Source: an uncultured archaeon (lineage in GTDB: Archaea > Asgardarchaeota > Thorarchaeia > Thorarchaeales > CAZPUN01). Taken from it: 10,632 nt of DNA. Positions 1 to 7,200 of the stretch are shown here, piece after piece. The notes under the pieces are model-generated. The model was not told the DNA's origin, searched no databases, and saw only the letters and a list, made by a program, of their open reading frames with translations. Each line of letters begins with the position of its first letter. Positions within the stretch are counted from its first letter, which is position 1. The position numbers and the translations under genes are program-made. The stretch lies in NCBI GenBank assembly GCA_964589775.1, contig CAZPUN010000052.1, forward strand, positions 1 through 10,632, in the 5' to 3' direction.

Positions 1-1815
1 CTTGTAGAAATAGTTGTTATAGAACAGATTATTCGTCGAGTTATCTAGAACTAATATGCCATAATCATGGAAATTATACATCCTATTGTATGTGAATACT
101 GAATTACTTGTATTTAGAATCCTAATGCCGTTTTCAGAACCACCAGAGAGCGAAAAGATGTAAATGACTGATAAATTAAGGCATTGAACAAACACCATAG
201 ATTCATTTGCGGGAACGATACTTCCATAATAAATTGTTGAATATGATACATTTGTAAAGTAAATTCCATATTTCGCATAAATTTCAACATAAGAAATGTG
301 TATATCACTAGAATTAATGACATTTATGCCACGTACACCAGCAAATAAAGTTGGATTTTCAACAGTCACAGATGTGCTTTCTCTTATAATTATTGTATCT
401 CCGGATGTAGTATTTATGTATGGTGTATTCATGGAACCTGAGGTACTGGAATATAGAATACCAAGTGTTGAAGTACTTATATTTGCATTTCTAAATGAGA
501 CATTAGTCGAATCATATACTGCAATTCCACGAGAACCATGTATCTTTACATCAATTCCCATTAAATTATTCAAGTTAGTTCCATATATACCAAGGTCGCT
601 TGCATTAATTGTTACATTGTTTAGATTTAAATTATCTATGTCATCCATACTAAATCCATAATTTCCTGAAATAATAGTATCTGCTATAGTGATATCATGA
701 GAGCTTTGAGCCATATAAATTCCAGAGCTACTTAGGCCTGTTGAGGTTATATTACAATTGGTTATTTGGAACCCATAAGAATATTTAACTTTAATAACAT
801 AGTACTTTGAACTTAGTTTGCTGTTATTTAGAGTTATAGTGTTACTGTATGAGATTTCCATAGCATTATTTAATCCAAAAATATTGAGGTCTTCAAAATT
901 GATATTACTACCATGATTGACATAGATTCCCTGTACTGCATTTGATGCTGTCATATTTTTAATATGGATATAGTTAGAGTATGGCATATTCACAGGATAA
1001 TATGAGCCAACCACATATACATTTTCAAGAGTTACGTTAGTGGAATACTCAATTGAAGGACTTGAATAGGAACCGGTATTCAAATTTAGATTTTTAATAT
1101 ACACATTATTTGCATAGTATAGTCTAATTGGGTATGAATTAGACGTAACGGATACTGATTCAAAATATGGTGCTATACCATCTATTCTAATTCCTACAAA
1201 TTTGCTATTTATAGAGAGATATTTTATAGTTCCAGATGATCCATCAGAGTATAAACCTCTTGAATTTGATGGATCATTCGCAAGTATGCTTACATTATAA
1301 ATATCAACGTCAGAAGCATGATATAGATAAATTCCATGAAATGTAGAATTTATGAATGAATTATATATTTTGACGGTTTCGTTTGTATTTATCCATATAC
1401 CAGATGCATCTCCATTTGTTCCGAGATTGAGCCCAATATCGTAAAATGAGGTGTAATTAATAAGTGTAGTACTTTGAATTTTTATGTAATAGGTATTCGA
1501 TGAATTTAATGCTTTGACAACGCAAGACTGCATAACAAGGTTTCCATAGGAAGTGACTTCTATGTGATAATTCGAAGTACTTGTAGAGTTAATTATCAAA
1601 GTTGTATTCGTAAAGGATGCAGTTGAATTAATTATAATATTTCCATTAATTGTTATTATTTCATCTTTTACAGTTGTAGGATTATTAATTACCCAGTCTC
1701 CATTTGCGGGGGGAGCATCACCGGTAATTGAAGCTGATACTGTAAGTATACTGGGATTATTTAGTACACTTACAATAAAGAGTAATATCAGCATGAATGA
1801 GAAAACTCTCTTCAT
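1..1815 (-). CDS. Secreted right-handed parallel beta-helix repeat protein (pectin lyase-like / NosD-CASH type), partial, 3' end beyond the window
   Basis: Manual translation: ATG at 1815 preceded by GGAGG (1829-1825), and 605 codons with no stop down to base 1. N-terminus MKRVFSFMLILLFIVSVLNNPSILTVSA looks like a signal peptide. Repeating ~22-24 aa units such as GIYLYHASDVDIYNVSI, GIYVNHGSNINFEDLNI, GIAVYDSTNVSFRNANI, GINVINSSDIHISYVEI and GILVLDNSTNNLFYNNYF are typical of beta-helix (PbH1) repeats. Confidence 0.9.
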   Translation of the reverse strand, partial: MKRVFSFMLILLFIVSVLNNPSILTVSASITGDAPPANGDWVINNPTTVKDEIITINGNIIINSTASFTNTTLIINSTSTSNYHIEVTSYGNLVMQSCVVKALNSSNTYYIKIQSTTLINYTSFYDIGLNLGTNGDASGIWINTNETVKIYNSFINSTFHGIYLYHASDVDIYNVSILANDPSNSRGLYSDGSSGTIKYLSINSKFVGIRIDGIAPYFESVSVTSNSYPIRLYYANNVYIKNLNLNTGSYSSPSIEYSTNVTLENVYVVGSYYPVNMPYSNYIHIKNMTASNAVQGIYVNHGSNINFEDLNIFGLNNAMEISYSNTITLNNSKLSSKYYVIKVKYSYGFQITNCNITSTGLSSSGIYMAQSSHDITIADTIISGNYGFSMDDIDNLNLNNVTINASDLGIYGTNLNNLMGIDVKIHGSRGIAVYDSTNVSFRNANISTSTLGILYSSTSGSMNTPYINTTSGDTIIIRESTSVTVENPTLFAGVRGINVINSSDIHISYVEIYAKYGIYFTNVSYSTIYYGSIVPANESMVFVQCLNLSVIYIFSLSGGSENGIRILNTSNSVFTYNRMYNFHDYGILVLDNSTNNLFYNNYFYK

Positions 1816-1868
1816 CTCTAATATCCTCCATTTAAGTTTAATGTTCTTGCCAATTTTTCTAAAAAATG

Positions 1869-1884
1869 AATATAAAATTTTTCA
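1869..1884 (-). promoter_or_regulatory. Candidate archaeal promoter (purine-rich BRE-like element plus TATA box) for the beta-helix gene
   Basis: The minus strand reads GAAAAATTTTATATTC about 55-70 nt upstream of the ATG at 1815. Motif match only, in AT-rich DNA. Confidence 0.4.
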
Positions 1885-1894
1885 AAAAAAAAGG
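1884..1894 (-). terminator. Oligo-T tract, candidate archaeal terminator of the 1908..3350 gene
   Basis: The minus strand reads CCTTTTTTTTT shortly after the TAA stop at 1908-1910. Confidence 0.4.
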
Positions 1895-1907
1895 TGAGGA
1901 AAATTTT

Positions 1908-3350
1908 TTATCTTATGACCAGGTGAGGAGGTCTTCCGCCACCACCACTGCCGCCAGAACCACCGCCAGAACCGCTGTTGCTGCTGCTTTCTGGAAAGAT
2001 CGATGAGAATGAAGGGAATGTATACTTATCTAGCCAGAAATTACTACTCAAGTGTTTATCAACTAGTTCATAGTAGTGGAATTTAAAGTAGAATGAGAAT
2101 TGCATGTGGAATCCATGTGTGCCTAAATCATACTTAAATATGAAGTTACTAATGTCTGAAATTACAGAAGCTATTGTTTCCCCAAGGCCTGCTAGTTTAT
2201 ATGCCATAAGTGCACCCAATGGGATTGAAATTTCTTCTAATTCATTTGCGGCTTTCTGGATTTTCTCACCATCTTTCTTTAGTAGCTTTTTCAATTTATC
2301 CTTCATATTATTAGCGGTTTCAGCAGATGATGCAATCGTCGAGCATTCGCCATAAAATTCAGACGTTTTCTTAAGTATTGGTTTCCTCAATATATAGTAA
2401 AGAATTGCGTATACCGCTTGGACGACTTTGAAGTATGCAGAGTATGACCCTAATTCCTCATGGAGAATTGTTTTTAGAAATGCTGAAAATGCAGATTTGA
2501 ATGTAGAAAATCCTTCACTGGCAGGACCTACAAAATAGTAGAATACTGCGCCAACTAGAGCTTTCACTGCATCCTTGATCGCATCTTTTACGATGGAAAG
2601 AGCATCCGGAATCTTATAAAGAACAATATCCATTACGGCATCTAAAAGATAACATATAATGGCGTATGCAAGGTCGCTTAAGCCAAATTCGGGCTTGATA
2701 ATGTAATACAAAATTCCTAATAGGCCTACAACACCAAGACCAATTAAAAACTTATAGCTTAGCATTGCACTTGGATTCCACGTATATGTCCAGTCACCAG
2801 TTCCAAGTGGATACTGGGGATCAATTAACCAATCGATGAGATTATTACTCTTGATGAGTTTAAGTACTAGTTCATTTGCTTCTTCATGATATCCAAATAC
2901 GTCCAATAGAATTATTTTTGAGATTATGGCCGCAAGGCGTGCATCAACAATACCCGGAAACTTTATTGCATCGATAGGAGCATTATTTGAGAAACACATT
3001 GCTAATATTGTAAGCTTACTATGTGGGTCAATTGTGCTCCAGTCATAGATCTTACCATTGATTAGTACACCTTTATTACTTCCATGACCTACAACAATTA
3101 GAATAGTACTAGATATTCGATTAAGCTTTGAGGGGCTATCCACAAACTCATATGATATGCGACTTTGCAGCAAATTATTATCATTAAAGCTCTTTCTAAA
3201 TTCCCGAGTACTTGTGTCACTTCCTAATTCAGCAATTGTAATTCTTGGTCCAATATTTATTATTGCAATATTTGATAACATAGCAAAATTCGAACCAAGA
3301 AATATAAAAATAAAAACACTTGCAATTATTGTATTTCTTCGATTATTCAT
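1908..3350 (-). CDS. Hypothetical exported/membrane protein (~480 aa) with a putative caspase/gingipain/CHAT-like (clan CD) His-Cys domain, a hydrophobic helical region and a Gly-rich C-terminus
   Basis: ORF track 1908..3428. The start was moved to ATG 3350 because GGTGAG lies just upstream and MNNRRNTIIASVFIFIFLGSNFAML is a basic-plus-hydrophobic signal/anchor. Motifs ILIVVGHG (His codon 3084-3086) and LTILAMCFS (Cys codon 2994-2996). The CDS is well supported, but the domain call rests on motif recognition only. Confidence 0.8.
   Translation of the reverse strand: MNNRRNTIIASVFIFIFLGSNFAMLSNIAIINIGPRITIAELGSDTSTREFRKSFNDNNLLQSRISYEFVDSPSKLNRISSTILIVVGHGSNKGVLINGKIYDWSTIDPHSKLTILAMCFSNNAPIDAIKFPGIVDARLAAIISKIILLDVFGYHEEANELVLKLIKSNNLIDWLIDPQYPLGTGDWTYTWNPSAMLSYKFLIGLGVVGLLGILYYIIKPEFGLSDLAYAIICYLLDAVMDIVLYKIPDALSIVKDAIKDAVKALVGAVFYYFVGPASEGFSTFKSAFSAFLKTILHEELGSYSAYFKVVQAVYAILYYILRKPILKKTSEFYGECSTIASSAETANNMKDKLKKLLKKDGEKIQKAANELEEISIPLGALMAYKLAGLGETIASVISDISNFIFKYDLGTHGFHMQFSFYFKFHYYELVDKHLSSNFWLDKYTFPSFSSIFPESSSNSGSGGGSGGSGGGGRPPHLVIR
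1932..1988 (-). repeat. Low-complexity GC-rich tract encoding SSSNSGSGGGSGGSGGGGR, containing a tandem CCGCCAGAACC pair (+ strand)
   Basis: Directly visible: ccgccagaacca-ccgccagaaccg at 1951-1974, in a tract much more GC-rich than its flanks. Confidence 0.75.
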
Positions 3351-3545
3351 AACACACTCACCAACCTCGCACTCTAGTCCAAATTTAAATAGCTTCCCCT
3401 GATTCAATATGAAGAGTAAATATAGCACACTCTTTTTAATTTTTCGTATAACTTAAAATTTTATAAAAATAAATATTTAAAAAATAAATCTTTTAAAAAG
3501 AAATTTAATTTAATCCATATATTATTAAAATATCTACAATATATA

Positions 3546-4001
3546 TTAAATCACACTATATGAAATCTCAAGCATCTTCTTTGAATTTCTGAATCTTACC
3601 TTGCGAATTTTGATTTGCCCAATCTCACCAGTAGTTTTTGTGTGCTCTTTATTACAGGCATTCAAATTCCAATTTTCAATTTCAATGACTTTTAGCTCTT
3701 GAATGTGCTCGGGAATAGGAAATAGATCATATATTTCATCGCCCCATCGACTTTCAGCTTCCTTTCGGCTTAATTCATGAATCTTTATTTGTACATTTTC
3801 TTTGATTTTCTCATTTGCTAATTCTTCGATTTTGTGTATTTCATCATCTGTAGGTTTTCGATCATATTGAACAGTTAAACGTCCATTTTCACCGGAAACA
3901 TAAACACTTGCAGTCCATTTTGCGCCTAAGACTTTTCGAACAGCCCCTTTCAAAACGTGCAGGGCAGAATGTGTTCTAATTTCAATTGGAAATTCAGCCA
4001 T
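3546..4001 (-). CDS. alaXS: Alanyl-tRNA editing protein AlaX-S (stand-alone Ser-tRNA(Ala) deacylase), 151 aa
   Basis: Zinc-binding motifs RTHSALH (HxxxH) and NACNKEHT (CxxxH), plus [17 protein letters not shown] and YDLFPIP, match the small archaeal AlaX-S family as in Pyrococcus. The start is placed at ATG 4001 because GGTGA (4011-4007) precedes it and overlaps the track's GTG at 4010. Confidence 0.95.
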   Translation of the reverse strand: MAEFPIEIRTHSALHVLKGAVRKVLGAKWTASVYVSGENGRLTVQYDRKPTDDEIHKIEELANEKIKENVQIKIHELSRKEAESRWGDEIYDLFPIPEHIQELKVIEIENWNLNACNKEHTKTTGEIGQIKIRKVRFRNSKKMLEISYSVI

Positions 4002-4172
4002 TATATTCACCGATTTAATAGGACAATATCCATTTTTTAAATATGTGGATTTGATTTAATTCTCAATCATGATTTTTATTAAAGATCATTATAGCAGAAC
4101 AAAAATAGAACAAATATTTGATTTTCATTTTTACATTATTTGAGATTATTCAATAATAAGCCGTCTAAACGC

Positions 4173-4190
4173 AAATAATGTTATAAATTA
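4173..4190 (+). promoter_or_regulatory. Candidate TATA box (TTATAAA at 4181-4187) for the 1620-aa gene, within the divergent intergenic region
   Basis: Motif match about 70 nt upstream of ATG 4253. An alternative TATATATA lies at ~4201-4208, and an RBS-like AGGGGA at 4238-4243. Confidence 0.35.
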
Positions 4191-4252
4191 AGAGTATACA
4201 TATATATAATAAAAAATGCAAAACGAAAAATATAAGCAGGGGACATTGAACG

Positions 4253-7200
4253 ATGAAATGGAAAAATGGAATGATTATATTTTTAATAACACTAATGTTT
4301 ATTAGTTTTCAAAGTCCTCCCTCACAAAATGCCTCCCCGGATTTGATTTTCGAGGATACTTCAAAAAAGACACAATTTAACAAGACAATCGCAAGCGACA
4401 GAATTTGGGTCAATAATTATGGACTAAGTTCTCTCGAACGAATTTTTTCGGGGGATCCAAATCTAAACGGTATCTATTTACTGGGAAAGGACACTTATGG
4501 CAAAGATATGATAGTTTTTGTAAATCTCATAACATATGAAGCTCAATGGAATGTCACAAATCTTAGTATACGAAGAAATATATATGGGGCCCCATTAATT
4601 GGATTGTATGACATATACGGAGTAAATATTTCATATCTCATAGGGATTAACGATACAACAGGATTCATAATTTCTAATGATGGAAACCTCGAGACATTCG
4701 ACTGGGACATATCATCAAATGTTTTTCAGATTGGTTTTGACAATTTCACAAAGCCTACAATATATATTGCAGAAAATAATGGGACTCATAACATAATAAA
4801 TATAATTCATAATGATGATTTAACAACTGTAGACGCCGTTCATGTTATAAATAATACAATTTCTAGTAACGATTTTGTCTGGACTACCACTGGAGACTTT
4901 TTAGGTAATTCTGTGGATCAGATCGCATTCATGACGAAAGGTGGAAAAGGAAACCTTACAATAATTAATGGAACGGACGGCACCACCTTAAAGATCAAAA
5001 ATATTACTATTACTCCGGACCTAATTACAACTTCTCTTGATGATGACTTGGACTTTTTAGTATCTATTAATGCTACTGGCGATAAATACATGGATATATT
5101 ACTACTTCAGAATGGCAATCTATATCTATTCGGAGGATATAATTTCACACAAATAATCAATAGTACTTGGGTTGTTTCAGGCTGGAATTTTATAGATTAC
5201 AAAGTTTGCGATTTTGATAATGATGACAAAGACGAAATTGCGGTTGGCTCATATAGTCATGATGACCGATATGGGTATGTAGAAATTTTCGAGCCCTTGA
5301 CAATGAATACGATCAGTAATGTAGGGACTGAATTAATTTATCCAAATACATTTCAAGTATTTGACTACAATAATGATGGATATATGGATTTACTAATTGC
5401 GGATAGCGTATCTGCTAAAATTTTAGATGTAAAGAACAACAAAAATATCTACGAAAGCCATGAATTCTCTGTTGTTGCGACCGGGCTGGGAGACTTTTCT
5501 GCCGATGGAGTCTTCGATACAATAATCGGAGAGAAATATGATCTTACAGGTTTCGAAACTGACCGTGTTGCGCCACACGTTTCTGAAGTCACATGGAGTC
5601 CAAAACACCCAACACAAAAAGATTGGGAAATAACTATTTATGCAAAGATTGAGGATACAAGCGACATAATTGCTAAAGTGAATTATACTTTGGATTATTC
5701 ATTTAGTTATCAATCAACAACAATGAATTTGATCGACACGGATAACAAAATCTGGAGTGGAAAAATTACTGACCTTAGCTATGTTCAATCAATACAATTT
5801 AAACTCGTCATTTCAGATTCCTTTGGCAATAGTGTTACTGTTATGAATGGTACTTCACCATATTCAGTAGATGTACTCTCTGAGAAGATTTGGGAGAATT
5901 TAATATATAATGAACGCTTGGTTCATACGGATGTATTTACGTATAGGATCAATAGCGATAACATGGGCGTTGCAATATTTTATCACAATTTGAAAAAATT
6001 ATATGGATTAAAGTCGAGCGATGGTACCCAAATATTCAATAGAACGTTCAATATGAATGGGTATATCGCAGAAATTATGCACGCTCCATTAGTTAGTGGA
6101 AATTCTACAGAGAGTTTTGTAATCGCATTCTTTAATACGACGTTAAATACTCTAAATGTGACACTTATTGACGGGTTAGATGGCAGATATATTAGGTCTA
6201 TGCAATATAATTCAAATGCGTCAGTAATTGATATGGACTACATATATCAATCGAGTGGAACCATAATTTATCTAACATTGAGTAATAATACAGTAATTGC
6301 AATATCCGAGAATGATTTATCGATTCAAAATCGGCTCAATAGTATTGATATTTTATATCCCGGCTACACAATTGAAATGATCGATATTGGAAATTATCTC
6401 CAACTGAATTCAAAGAGTATTGTGATATATATAAACAATGGAACATCAGTATATGCATTACTAACACAACAAAACCTAACCATATTTGCATACAAACAAG
6501 TTGATATTGGAAATGCTGTTCAATTTGTCAAAAACATAAATGGAGAAAGGGTAGAACTTGCAAAGAATGTAGTTGGCACACTTCAGTCTGAATCAATTTT
6601 TGTCATTTCATATGGATTCCAATTTAAAGTATTCAGCATTGATTGGACTTCTGCCAACTTGTATTCATGCACAATTACAAATGCCCAATTAAATTCATTG
6701 ACGCTCTTTGATCTGAATAATGATGGACAACATGAAATAATTATTGGATATAACAATGGTACAGTTGGAGCTCTTGACAGTAATGGAAAAGTAATCGGTT
6801 CAATCACGGGAAAACCAAAAGCAATCTCAGCGATAAGATTTGTCATTATTTATCACAATCTATATTCAATAATTCGCACTACAGATGGAAATATCTATGC
6901 GATTAGTGTAAGTACAAGTGAAATAATTACAGATTTCGCCACTTCATCGATACCATTCGGTTTGTTTGATGTCAGAGACTTTAACAATGATGGCGAATAT
7001 GAATTGCTCTGTATTACAAACGATTATCCCGTTACAGTAGCCTTACTTACCGACTTGAATAAATATTATATGCTCCGTGTATCCTATACGGCTCCGTTAG
7101 ATAACGTATATCAATCAAGTATCATTCCTGTTGAAATTAGCATAAAGAATTATTTTGGAGAAAATATACGCGATGCAGAAGTAACTGTGATCATTAATAA

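Noticed and set aside
114-323. 69-aa minus-strand ORF in the track
   Set aside because: It lies in another frame inside the 605-codon beta-helix CDS and has no recognisable features.
296-661. 121-aa plus-strand ORF
   Set aside because: Antisense shadow of the beta-helix gene.
2104-2355. 83-aa plus-strand ORF, considered as a possible antisense immunity gene
   Set aside because: Entirely antisense to the 1908..3350 CDS, with no RBS and a composition typical of a shadow ORF.
3157-3402. 81-aa plus-strand ORF
   Set aside because: Antisense shadow overlapping the start of the 1908..3350 CDS.
3351-3428. 26-aa N-terminal extension given by the ORF track
   Set aside because: It spans the likely promoter and the GGTGAG RBS. 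The signal-like sequence begins at ATG 3350.
3431-3548. Very AT-rich tract considered as a CRISPR leader, origin or repeat array
   Set aside because: No regularly spaced repeats, ORB-like boxes or associated genes are visible.
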